Shown here piece by piece: positions 49,204 to 63,200 of a DNA stretch of 64,000 bases; the stretch's first letter is position 1; each line of letters starts with the position of its first letter. The notes below the pieces were generated by a model that was given only the letters and a program-made list of their open reading frames with translations, was not told the origin of the DNA and did no database searches. Source of the stretch: Ramazzottius varieornatus. Its lineage: Eukaryota; Animalia; Tardigrada. The stretch lies in the NCBI GenBank assembly GCA_001949185.1, contig BDGG01000001.1, positions 983,153-1,047,152 of the forward strand, in the 5' to 3' direction. The position numbers and the translations under genes are program-made.

Positions 49204-50524
49204 GGTCCTGATGGCCATTCGTCGGCCATCCTTCTCTATAGTTCCAAACAGTATCGTGGCCGCACGTATCAATCAAACTTTGTGTTGGGTCGGGGAGTAT
49301 TTCTGACATTGTAACAGTGGACGTGTCCTATCGGTTATCAAGGCTGAATCACAAACAGACGGAGCCAGAGTTAGCCACAGTCCGGTCGCTCGAGAAGTGG
49401 ACACCATTTTTCGATTTTAAAATTGCTAAATTAGGGTGAACACAAGAGTGCTCGCCACATGTACCTTTCATTGTTTGTTCGTTCGTTCACGCAATACAAG
49501 CAGTCCCATGGGTGGCAGTGAAATAGTGTCTTCAGGCCGGCCCCTGGCAGTAAGCAGTGACAGCTTGGCAAGTGACCCCATTTACTTGCCGTTGACTCGA
49601 TCACTTTCTGGAGACTACAAGACTGCAGGCTCGACGGCGATCGGCAGTTGAGTGGCCACCTGACACTGTCACTTCTTACAGCCAGGTGCTGGTCTGAAGA
49701 TTCTATAAGCCACCTACAGTATGAGCAATCCGTTACATTCACTTTTTGTTCTCTGTCCAAAGTATCGAACCTTCTCCTTCTTATTGCACCGCGTCATTAT
49801 CAGACAAGAAGAGGAGATTCAGGAAGACGGTTTGAGATTGAGGATCCGTTCGACAGACGGAGAGTCGGAGACAGGCCTGCCGCTGCGCAATAGCCAATGT
49901 GACAGACAGCTGGTGCCCGTATGTGGTGTCCGCCATGTGACTATCGGCTCTCGTACGTGGCTAACACATCGGTTTGAGCCGTGATGTCAGGTTTGACATT
50001 GGCGTTCCCCAGCTGTATGTCACATTAGAATTTTCCAGCGGCAGGCCTGGACGGAGGTCAAATGGAGTATATCTTGCGGATACTATAACTTGGTAAGCGA
50101 GCCCAGCGATACAGGTATGAAGGGATGATCAGAGGTAAACAGCTCGATTATACGAAACTGCTTTCGAAAATCTGGAGCCTTCCACATGGTGAAAAAGAAG
50201 TGGTTGATTTTCTCTCGAACTCACTTCTTTCTTGATTGTTAGCGAACTCACTTCTTTCTGTTTTAACATGCTATACGGCAAATATGTGACTGCTGAGTGA
50301 TGAAGAATGAAAATGGAAGAACGATGTCCACTTCTCGAGCGACCGGACTGTGGCTAACTCTGGCTCCGTCTGTTTGTGATTCAGCCTTGATAACCGATAG
50401 GACATGTCCACTGTTACAATGTCAGAAATACTCCCCGACCCAACACAAAGTTTGATTGATACGTGCGGCCACGATACTGTTTGGAACTATAGAGAAGGAT
50501 GGCCGACGAATGGCCATCAGGACC
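49204..50524. mobile_element. 200-bp inverted repeat enclosing a mariner-type element (49378-50350)
   Basis: Arms 49204-49403 and 50325-50524 differ by about one base; their inner ends carry the CAGTCCGGTCGCTCGA TIR also seen at 7246. Confidence 0.8.
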
Positions 50525-50746
50525 TAGCGGCCCGTTGCTCGTCAGAAACTCGACGGAGACAGTCTTACCAGAGAGACTAGATGGGGTAGAGGAACGCGTA
50601 CATACGTCACGCCAGTCTTCCAATGATAAAGTCATTGCCGGACTAGCGACCATTAAAGGTCGAGGTCAAAGGGCTGACCTAGGATGACCTTTAGCTGCTT
50701 GGGCCAACAGTACGGCCTTACCTGACAGATCGAGTCGTTGCCCATT

Positions 50747-51432
50747 AAGCAAAAACTGCTAATCGGGAGGTGTTCGAAGAATGGGATGGAAAACTTCTAC
50801 GCAACTAAATGAACATTTTCGCATTGTTTTGAAGTTTTAAAGACACTGAATTCAAAGCTTGGTAAGGTGGTAAGGTGGCTTGATAAGGTTGAAGCCCCAG
50901 AGGCATATCATTCAGGAGTCTACAATGTCTTTAACAGCCTTCCAGATCGTTTCAAAGTTTGATTGTACGTTGTGTTCACTCTACTGCACGCACCACATGG
51001 TGTGATTGAATTAGCGCCGTGACAGTATGCGCACAATAAACTAAAAATAATTCTAACTATCTGGAAAGCATTGGCGCATCGTAGTTGGATAATCCACTAC
51101 GAATATCTTGGCGATCGAACAAAGAGCAGACTTGTCTGAAGCAAACGTAAAAATGCCGTTGAGGAGCCTCATGATATCGTTCGGTCCGGTTTCCCCGTGT
51201 CGCTCGAAGGGACATTATACTTTTCCCGTGGGTGTGGCATCGGTTTGACAGCGACAGAAATGTGACAGGCCGTCATCAGCCTTTGTCAGTTCAAACTGGT
51301 TTGTTGTTTATTCCATTGGACTGACAGTTCCACATAGAAACTCACATTCTCTCTTACTAAGATGTCATAAATACTCTCCTACTCGACACCAAAATTAAAT
51401 TTTTTATTGGTCTGCCAGAATAATGCACTGAA
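50747..51432. repeat. ~690-bp direct repeat, copy 2
   Basis: Paralogous to 48071-48758. Confidence 0.9.
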
Positions 51433-51692
51433 GCAGTAGCATGCGTATCAATCAAACTTGCTGACGGGTAGGGGAATATTTCCGACACGAGCTATGAGCT
51501 TTATCATTCTGTTGACTGATCTTTTGTCTGTCTTACGAACCATGCCAGCAGTTGATATGCTAATCGATGTTCATCTCCTCGCAACCGTAAAGTGTAATAA
51601 AAAGTAATTCGCTGGACTATGCGGACTATTTGAGACCCAAGGTAAGATCGAGCTTACCAGGTCAAATCAACGAGAATTCTATCGGACCCACA

Positions 51693-52857
51693 ATGAAGCA
51701 AGCCGATCAACTGCGTCACACGGCGTTGGAGCGAGAGCAGATGGCGCCAGAGTTTGTGGACGCCCCCTGGCAGCGCTTTATCCGTGTCAAGGACACCTTT
51801 GGCAGCAAGGAAGTCAGTCTTCCGCGCGTACATTGGATTACCGGCTGGATACGCACCATTATCTGGATCCAGATTCTCATACCCTTGACATGTTTAGTGA
51901 TTGATGCGGTTAGTGATCAACAAACCCCGAAAGATATCAAATGGGATACAGAGGACGCTTACCATAACAAGTTCACACTCCATTACGCATACGAAGGATG
52001 GTATGCCGCCTACTGGGCTAACGGTTTGACGCTCTGTGTGGGAGTGTACGGCCTGTGGGTATATTACGTTCCATCGGCCTACCTCAATGCCAAAATAGAG
52101 ACGAGGTTGGTAAGTACCATGTACAGTCAAGGCTGAAAAGAAAGCGCAGTTCGTGATAAACAAGGACGCGCACCAATGAGTAACCTTGTGGGATTTTAGA
52201 TTACGAAGGATACAAAACTATCTGTGTGCCATAGCGGTGATAGGCTCTGCCATAGCATCGTACTTTGAGCTGCGGAAGTGGCAAGTGGTGTCAAAGGGAC
52301 TCATCAAGAAGAACACGGCAGAGCTTCAGATACCTTTTTCCTTTTCCCTCGTCACTGCCTTCTTCCAGTTATTACCAGGGACAGCCAGTTTGTTTTTACC
52401 AGTCCTGGGCACCCTGATTATCACGGAATCGAACCGCTTCTTCCTGGCTGACATTCCTCGCTTCTCTTGCCAAGGTGAGTGAGTCGGTCCAGTATCTTTA
52501 CAGAAAAGATTCGAAGTAGGCAATTTTTGTGTATACACACCAGGTGATTCCACTGATGACCTGAATACGGATGAGAACGGTGACAACCCCTGTCAGATGG
52601 CCGAAGATCCCGACGACGAAGAATGGGATCCTGACACGGAATTAGACGAGCGGCAGCTACCGGAGGATACAGTAGCAGCTGGAGGCATCACCGATCCCAC
52701 CATCAAGCGAAGGAAAGTGAGCGATGTGACAGGGAAATTGTCGGTACATTTACAAGACCTCATCGAGCAGCACATGCAGCGGAGCGGCCAAGAATCGCAT
52801 ACACTTCTTCCAGCTAGGTCCAAAACGGCGCCTGTTGATCCTCCGGCCATAGCTTAA
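51693..52857 (+). CDS. Uncharacterised 4-TM membrane protein with acidic C-tail (possibly MS4A/CD20-like)
   Basis: Three exons spliced in frame; four hydrophobic segments, YAAYWANGLTLCVGVYGLW in TM2; acidic tail with basic patch PTIKRRKV. Confidence 0.6.
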
Positions 52858-53137
52858 GCATAGCTTTTTACTTCTTTACCTATAACTTGGTACGTACTAT
52901 GTACGCTGCTTGACACTTTACTGGCTTTTATTTCATCGATGAATCGTGAACGCCATCTGAATCTGACCAAACTAGGTTACAATGACAGGAAGTAAAAAGA
53001 TTAGCACTAACCCCCCAAGCTGCAGACCTGCAGCTCTGGAAGGACGGTATACATGAAGGTTGGTGAAAGCTTAAGTTTTACAAAGCAAAAGAAATTGGAG
53101 TACACGATACGTCAGCAACCTCAAACTACATACCTAT

Positions 53138-54585
53138 CTAGTCGCTACCATAGCCACCGAAATCGGAGTCGTAGTAATTGTAAAGCGCCACCGTCACCGT
53201 AGTCACAGTGGTCATCGTAGTCCTCTTCGTCATCAGAGCTGTGTACATCGTTGTGCTCATCTTCTTCGTCCGAACCCGCGATGAAGTAGTACAGAAGGAC
53301 GGACACAAGTGGGCGAGCAAGCTGGGCGAACTCGGCCACTTTGTCAGCCAACAGCTGGGCTAGAGCCTCCTTATTTCCCGGGTCAAATCTGGAAATACGC
53401 ATGGTGACCCAAACATTTCTGCCGCAACTTCACATACTGTATACGCGGAGTTGAACATCGATGGCTTACCTTTGAATAAGCAGCTTTGCCAATTCGGATA
53501 ACTTTGCCACGTTCTGAAACCAGCGGACCTTCTCGGCCAGTGCCTCCATCTAGTGTTCATCCAGCCGACGCACGTTGGAAGTCAAGAAATACGGCACTGC
53601 TGGATTGGGGATAACTTGTTTGTCGTCTACCCAATAAGGCGTACCATTGATTAGGGCTAAGTCCGATTCAGACAGGACGAAAAAGTCCCGTCCCGCAATC
53701 TGCACCAGTGTCCGACCAAAGCTTTTGAAGTAAACAGACCAATGGTCGTAGTCGTTTTCCTCATCGTCGGAATCGCCGAACGGCCCAGCCCCCGCATTGC
53801 GCTGATATGGAAATACTTCGGCTACTTTGACCTTGACAAAGCAACGGTGGACTACCGTTTGGAAGCCAACTCGCCGAACAGCAGGGTGATGGAAGCCCTT
53901 TGCGTACACAGTCATGTTCGAGTAGATGACTTTGCTGACCAACTGGGCACGTTGATCCCCAGCGACATGTACTCCATAGACATCCCACAATCTTTCTGGC
54001 CGCCTGTTCGTACTCTTAGGATTCTGTCACATTTTCAGGGCCTCACCAAACATAACGACCGTCGAAGCATTCTTCGCGTACTGCCAGATGTTGTAGACGT
54101 CTGGCATCGAACCGAACGAGCGATTCTTATCGATAGCAATCGCCACTTGTCGCAGGAACGGCGCAGCCTCCCTTGAGATGGTCACGTTCCAGCCCGAGCA
54201 AACTCTACAGGGAGCATTAAGAAAACTACACGAAATCGATCAATCAACCGAATCCATGTGTTGTCATTGCAGCAAAAACAGTTCGCTTCGCAGAAGCTCT
54301 TGCTGGGATGCTCGCAGAACTGCGTGGCTACAGTATATCCCGACGACTTCCGAGCACTGATGTTCGATCTTACCGTCGTACAATCAGAAGCTTGAGAAAG
54401 TCGACAGACTGGAAGATCTCGTCCAGAAGAGCTGGATGTATGTCGGTCAGCTTGAGCGAAGCAACGTTGGCCAGTTGCTTGTCCATCTCCTGACATTCGT
54501 CCAGTCCGCACGGCTTGGGAGTTGCAGTGTCGGTCACAACAACGCTGTACTTTAGAACAGCAATCTCGTCCAGTGAGGCATCCAT
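53138..54585 (-). pseudogene. F-box protein gene with apparent disablements
   Basis: F-box LTDIHPALLDEIFQSVDFLKLLIVRR|VCSGWN; in-frame TAG at 53550-53552 (DEH*MEALAEK) upstream of a good donor and last exon; phase problem near 54000. Confidence 0.6.
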
Positions 54586-54877
54586 GGCTTCTGAATCTGA
54601 AACCAATAAGCAAGGACTAAAAATACCAGAACTTTGCTCACCGGGCTACCTAAAGCAATTTGTGTTCTTCACATTATACCTTTCTCCCAAGTCGATTTCA
54701 GCAACAGTTTGCCTTTCCACTTTTTCCCTTCAAACAGCTTCGTAGACTAGATACTGTGGCAGCTTCTCGGGTTTCAGGAACGAGAGAAACAAAGCGAGGG
54801 AAAACGAAGGGATAGATCTCGATAGGCTGATCCAATCCTACGACATAGGGTTGTAAGCTTGCACAGCGCGCGCAGAC

Positions 54878-55156
54878 CAGCGGTGAACGGGTGATTCTCT
54901 CAGCGAATTATTGAAGACACAGATCGACTCAGCAAGGTCAAGTACAGCCCAACTTAGATTGTCAGTCAACGAATCATCATTTTTACTTTTTCTAAAACAG
55001 CGTTCCGAACGTAGTTTGAAAACCGCTTCTCTGGTTTATTGAGTGGAATTGGCGCTAGATAGTCAATTTCCCGTTGCATTTAGATGGGGGCCAGGTCGTA
55101 CGCGCCAAATGCGTAATTTTTGATTTTGGGCTGAGAAAATCATCCGTCCACCGCTA
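54878..55156. mobile_element. hAT-like MITE family A, copy 3
   Basis: CAGCGGTGAACGGG...CCGTCCACCGCTA; perfect TSD GCGCAGAC at 54870-54877 and 55157-55164. Confidence 0.85.
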
Positions 55157-55968
55157 GCGCAGACTGTCTTGATCGGTCCGTGAGCGGCCTGCACCGAGTT
55201 ACCGACCCAGAGGGGCCGGACCGTTGCCAGAAGGCGCTTCCACAGCAAACCTGCTCGTACAGCTACAGTTTGGCGTACAGTACCTGGTTCTAGCTCCCAC
55301 TAGAATTCTAGTTTTCTACGCCAGTGTTTCTACCATCCGTCTTCATTCGGTAGTAACTTAGTGAATGTAAGAAAAAAAACTTCGTTTTCGGCGAATGGAC
55401 GAGAAGCCTAAAGACTCAACACATATGTCGCCCGGGAAAGTCCGAATGGAATGAGATTAATCAAACAAAACTTCGATTTCCAGTTCTTTAATGTACGAGG
55501 TGATTTGAACGCTAACCAAGCAGGGATTGTTTTGTGGAAAACTCCGAAATATCATAACTTCTACAGCGTTTGCAGACCGCGCTTGACAGCAACAAAAATC
55601 CTCATTCATTCAAAGAGCTGCACAAGGAAGAAAACACGAAAATTTGGGCTCTGCGCAAACGTCCTCAACCTGAAAGGGGTCGTGGCGTCCAGGCACAGCG
55701 AACGGAAATTCAGCAAGAGCCGCTGGGGCTCGGGGCCGAAACTGAAAATCGTCGGTTTTCATTATTGCGGCCCCAAGCCTTTCCCTCGGTTTGCCCTGGC
55801 CCTTACTGAATTTTCATCATCCGTGCCTCTACGCCATGACCCCATCCGGTTCAGAATCTTTGCCCAGAGCCCATTTAGTGCTTCTGTTCTTCGGAAAAAT
55901 TACAAATCTAGTAGCAAAAGGAAGAACATCTGTACTAGATTCCGACGAAGAGCCAGTAGACATGGTAG

Positions 55969-57437
<1,469 letters not shown>

Positions 57438-57903
57438 TCCTGGTGGTCTATAACAGATCAATACATACAAGCGTATGCTCCCAAAACAATGACACCACGA
57501 ACGAAGTCACGGGAGAAAAAACACGCAGAAAAATCTTCGAGATTCGAGAGAACTAGCTCGAAATCAAAACAAATCAAGTTTCATCAATCAAGCACTGTGT
57601 CTGCCTTCCAACAAACCAGTCAGTCAAAAAACGAACTTTGTACGATCAGCTGATGCGGGCTGTACAATGGCTTTCAGGCTTGATTGCTGATTGACGATGA
57701 TCCTATCTTTCGATCTCCACCGGAAGGGCTCGAGCAGGAAGCAGGAAATACTGCTTGGCAGCTCCATTCCCCAGTCCGTGGTGAACTAGGAGGCCTCTGT
57801 GATCGTGTTGAGATTGTATAAGAAAAAGGAATTGGAAAAAGGAGTGAGCGGAGTAGTGAACTGTTGAGTTTGCTTGCAGCTTTTGACCTGACTTTCGTTC
57901 GAG

Positions 57904-59006
57904 ATGAAGAAGCTGCAGCTGGATGACATTCCTCCGCATCCCTACTTCCCAGCGGGCATCCACCTGCCCCATTATATCGAGAACACGCATACTGTGGAAA
58001 TTCTGCTGGCAGTGTTTGGCGTAGTTGTTGTTGTCATCGGAGTGATTACATGGAAGATCGCGAAGCATTACCGACCGGACTTCGGCACCATCGACAAAGC
58101 CAAAATATGCTGGTTTGCTGTCTCGGGCCTAATCCACCTGGTATACTCGAATCTTCCTTCTTTCCTCCTGGATGCCTTTTACGGTTTCCTTGTTTTCAGT
58201 TTCTCGAAGGATACTTTGCCAAGTATCATTTGACGCTCTCTGGACATCACGATATCTTCGCACAAATTTGTGAGTCATTGATCCGATCAACTTGCGCATA
58301 TGTTCGTAGTGGTTGCTGTGATTTCCAGCATAGTGCGTGACGTCATGTGGTCGGTTCGCTGGTTTACGTGGCGCCATTTTCTTCCTCTGGTTCTTGTTCA
58401 ACGTGATGTTCGTCTTTTGCAGGGAAAGAATACGCGAAAGGCGACAGCCGATATTTAACGTAAGACTTTAAGTTTTCGATTTTGTAGTAGTTTTTCTTTA
58501 GCTTTCGTAGTTCCGTTCGCTGTTTCTGTGTTGCAGGTCGGACACTTTCACGGTTGTAATGGAGACCTTCACCTGCGTTGTTGACGGTAAGGATCTAACA
58601 GCTTCTCCTCTCGCTGATTTCAAATTTGGTCCTTTCTGCCCAAATTTCTCACGAGGGTCGTCATTCTTTCGCAGGTCCGTTGTGCCTGTGGACAGCCTGG
58701 GCTTACCTCCAGAACAAGCCTTACGTCCACGTTCTCCAGATGCTGGTCTCGACGGCCCAGTTGTACGGAGACATTCTGTACATGGTGATCGAATGGATGG
58801 AAGACTTCTCGCATGGTCCAGTCTTTCACCCGTTGTACTTTTGGGGCTACTTTGTCGTGATGAACGCTTTCTGGATCATCATCCCGGCGTCTCTCATAGC
58901 CGAATCTGCCATCGTCATCACCAAAGCGGTTCGCCAGTCGCAAGCATCCGGAAATAGGATATCAGACTCCACAGACTCGCTCCTAGAGACGAAAAAATCG
59001 AGCTAG
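57904..59006 (+). CDS. EBP: Emopamil-binding protein / sterol delta8-delta7 isomerase
   Basis: PHPYFP, WFAVSGLIHL-FLEGYF, WKEYAKGDSRYL, MET, GPL, QLYGDILY, YFWGYFVVMNAFWIIIP, C-terminal KKSS ER-retrieval signal. Confidence 0.93.
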
Positions 59007-59905
59007 AACTTTATAAAATTCACTGACAAATTTACTTCTTGATGAAAAGTTCCTTTGAAGTTTACAGAGGTGTTGTTGTACCGAAATAAGCCAGAAACTT
59101 CTCGTCGGTTAGATTATTATTTTCTTATTCCGTGCGAAATACTCGCTGGTTTTGTTCACTAAAGTCTGTGCGAGCTTAATCGGTCCCGTACTGTTGAGCT
59201 CTTTAATAATGTTTTTCTCGATGAACAAAAGACAGTATGAGAATGAAGACTCATGCCTCAATGAGGCAGCGCATAGGCAATCAAGCTGGAACAATCTTAG
59301 GATGAAAAACATATACAGAGTGTCGAACAGGTGGAACGGAATTCTTCACAGGAAGAGTCCCGTCTTCACTTCGGTTCTGGTCTCTCGATTAAACGACTTG
59401 CGCGTCCCTCGCCGCTTTTGCCATAAGCCACCAAGGCAGGGCTCGAAACCTGACGCCGAGGTTCAGTGAGATTCGCAACACCGTCTGGCAAGATGCGGCA
59501 CAGACAGACAAAACGGTACGAGTACGGTTTCTGCCTTTCCGGTGAAGTGATTAAACTAATAATCATGTTAACTACGTACCTCAGTATAGGTCAAGTGGAC
59601 AAGTATGGCCTGGACAGTTACCGGCTCCTAAGGAAGAGACAGTTTCAACATTTGGCGGAGTGGCATCCACGGAGCACACGTTTCATCATTAGTCCTCCTC
59701 ACGACAGGCCGTAAAACTCCGTTGATTGTGTTGATCTTGAAAGTGGAATACGAAGTTTCGCTCTTAAGATAGGCAGCCCTCGAGTAGCTTATCTTGAAAG
59801 CGAAAACGGATTATTCTCTGCACACTTGACTCAAAATTTCAAATTTTCATTTCTCAGCTGATCTCTGTCTGCACAGTGCTTGACGTTGCAAGATACCGTT
59901 TCATA

Positions 59906-60227
59906 CGGTGAGCCGGGCGATTTAAAAGTCCACAGTACTTTCTCCGTGGGTGCATGCGCGGTGAAATAATTTTTCCGCGCATCCACCCGCGTATATAGTC
60001 AGTTTGTCAGCGCATACACCCGCGGACTAATACATTTCACCGTGCGTGCATGCGCGGATAAAGTCAGTTTCTCTGCGCATGGATGCGCGGAAAAAGGGGT
60101 TTATCCGCGCGTACACCCACGGTGAAACTCTTGTCATAGTCCGAAAGTGGATGCGCGGAAAAATCATTTCACCGCGCATGCACCCGCGGAGAAAGTACTG
60201 TGGAATTTTGAATCGCCCGGCTCACCA
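59906..60227. mobile_element. TA-flanked MITE with CCGCGCAT subterminal repeats
   Basis: GGTGAGCCGGGCGATT...CACAGTACTTTCTCCG / CGGAGAAAGTACTGTG...AATCGCCCGGCTCACC. Confidence 0.8.
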
Positions 60228-63200
60228 TAGTTTCACGTATGGGCTTCTTGATACCTATCAGTGTCGGGGGGTATCGACAGACAGAGACTAGCCAGAGTAA
60301 ACCATGAATTTCATCCTAGTCAGGAGGCAAAGTTTGCCTACAAACCTACCCCGCAAAACTCGCGCATTTCCGCTCCCGTTTCCGAGACTTTCGAAAAACG
60401 CACTTTTGCCTCACTCACGACTCATTTCCGTTGATCAAGCAAACTCAAATTTTAAATCAACCGTTTGCGACATAAACAGCTCGTCGTGAGGACTATTGTA
60501 ACTTTCGAGCAAGCATCAATGACCTTAACAATCGCCATGTTTGGGATACCCGTTGAAGTATCTCGGATGTTCAGCGGCCATCGGACCAGGACGATCGATC
60601 AGTCTGTTGAACACGATGGTTGAGTATAAGCAGCCGAACTGGGATTATAAAGGGCTGTTCTGGCGTTGGCTCCCGCTGCCGATCACGACACTGGCCTCGA
60701 ATTCATTGATCCTCTGCTGGAAAATGTCGAGAAGGCTCTCTGGCAGTACATTATTTGGACCACCACAAAAAGGAACTGCTTTTCGCACTGAAAGATGACC
60801 ATTTAGGTTTTGGAGCTCCAGTCGAGAGTGATAAATTTGAGCCATACTAACTGTACGCCTGACTCGTTATTCCACGTTTCTGGATCTGTCTAACTTAAGT
60901 GTGCTTCTCATGAATAAATTAAACGGACGTCGGCAATGAATTCACTCACATCGTTAACCTAACTGGCGCACATCTGCATCGTTCTGTGCTGAAAGTGACC
61001 GCCAATTGAGAAAAAAATCCCGGCGAATCATTTGTCGACATACAGTACCACAATGTCTCGCACCACAATTCTTGACGTTTGCTGCGGTGAGCGACGTGGA
61101 AAACCAGGAATTCGGAACGCTTCGAGGACGCACTGTATCATCCTGGTTCCATGAAGGTCTGCCAAACGGTCAAAGATATGGCGTTATGGGCGACCAGCAG
61201 CCACCCTAGCCTTGTACTCTTCACAAATTAAGACCCATTTCACTCGCATTTACTTTTTGATTCTAAACTACAGTGGATAAGAATATTGCCGTCTGTAAAC
61301 AGTCCATATCCGTTCCCTAATAGGTTAACTAAATACGCGCTTGTCAAAGTCGATCGTCATTTGATTGACCAGCCTTCTTCTTTTACAAGTAAGTCAAGAC
61401 CAACTAACTGGTCTTGCCTTAGTTCGGTTGACTTCTTCCATGTTCGAAGTTCCAGCAGTAAAAATTCTCGTCGTGAGAAATATGCACTGTTTATTGAGGT
61501 CGAGAATCGGAAGAGAGTAAAGCGCGCTATGTGGTCCGTCAATAGGCTGTCGGTCGTAAAGATGTTGGACAAGATGTCAAGTGTCCCTTGATGGTGTCGC
61601 TTCATTCATTAGAGACTGCATCTGTTTGACAAAAACAAGATAATTTGGCAGACTCCGTGGAGAGATCACGCCGAACGACAAAACGGGCGCTGACAACCAC
61701 ACAAAGTGCCCAATAAATTTTAGCAGACAATTGCTTTCGCATTACATTCGACCAATTGTCACAATGTGTTCGCAAACTAACCACTGTCTGAGTGATCTTA
61801 ATCCCTTTATCCCACCTTGGTGCGATGTCTGGCTAATTCTGATCCGGATGCTTCCACCAAAAAAAACCAAAATTTTAGAATTTCTCAGTCATCGATTATT
61901 TTTCTTACGTGTTACCTCCAGCTCCAGATCGCTATCCGAAGTGGCGCAGACTTTTATCGCGGTTGGCTGAAAATGTGCGTCACTTGGGAAAACGATCTGG
62001 ATTTGCCGACGCCTCAAAAATCTCGAAATTGCTTTACGCCAGGTGGATCGAACAGGCGTGACATCATAGCTTTGCTCCAAGTTCCGAGAAAGGGAGTTTG
62101 AAGTGGATATTTCGGGTTCATGACCTTTATGGAATGATCCATACCGGTCACCTGCCTGGAAGTTTCAACAACACGCTCATTACTTGCCCTAAATAACCAT
62201 AATTAGGACAAAACTAGCCCTCACTTACGGCAAATGAACTGCGGAAATTGAATTTGCATACAGATCAGCCGTTGTCACCCCAGCATTATTTCCAGTTTCC
62301 AACCTGTTGCATATGATACCATTTACCGCAAAAGCAGGCAAAAGAGGGTAAACAGAAGGCAGCAGGCAAGCTTCCAATTTACGGCTAACTTCCTTCCTAA
62401 ACAGTTGCGGTGGCAGACCGTGAAGGGTTGTAAAGCGCCCACCGGTCATAAAGCCTGCAATTACGCACAAAAGGAGCGCAAAGGGAACAAGCAGAAGGAA
62501 CCGACACCCACCTAATAACAGGCCACAGTGAGAAATGTTTCTCTTATCAATTTAATTATCGCAAGCACAGTATCGCTCAAATGTTCCCTTCTTCTTCCTT
62601 TGACGGGAACGTAAACGTGGGTGAGCACGGCGTGGGTTGAGGTATGTACCGGCGTACAGGTAGATCAAGATCGCACTGCAGTGTCAACTGACCAAAGGTG
62701 CAATTAGAATTCACGTACAAAGTGCCCCATTACGGTACACAAATTTCACGGTCCATGCTTCAGTGTCAACCGTCAACTTTCCGAGAAGTACGTGAGGTTC
62801 ACGGTTTTCAGTTTGATCAGTCTTGGAAAAAGTTCCTCCTACTTTGAACGTACAGGTAGATCAAGAATGAAGCCGTGGTTCAAAATCCTCTCACTTTATG
62901 ACCACGCCTACCTCCATCTCCAAGCCGTGGAGAATCAGCCTTTCGGACTGTATTGTACAGCGCTTGGAAGTACGGTTGCGTACTCGATCGAGACTCATCG
63001 CGTTTTTATATTTGATGATCACTTCTGACAGTTTCGATTATTCATGGAAACGTGCTGATGGTGTTTTTTTTGTCGTGCATCAAAAGATTCGTCTGTGTCT
63101 GTGATGACACTGGCCGTGATTGATGCGGTGTGATTTGTGTAGGCGCGAACGACATTGTGTGCTCACTGGTGCGTCAACCATCTTTCTCTCAAACCTCATT

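Noticed and set aside
48071-51432. Direct repeats as LTRs of a retrotransposon
   Set aside because: No TG...CA termini, PBS/PPT, TSD or gag/pol remnants seen; better explained as a local segmental duplication.
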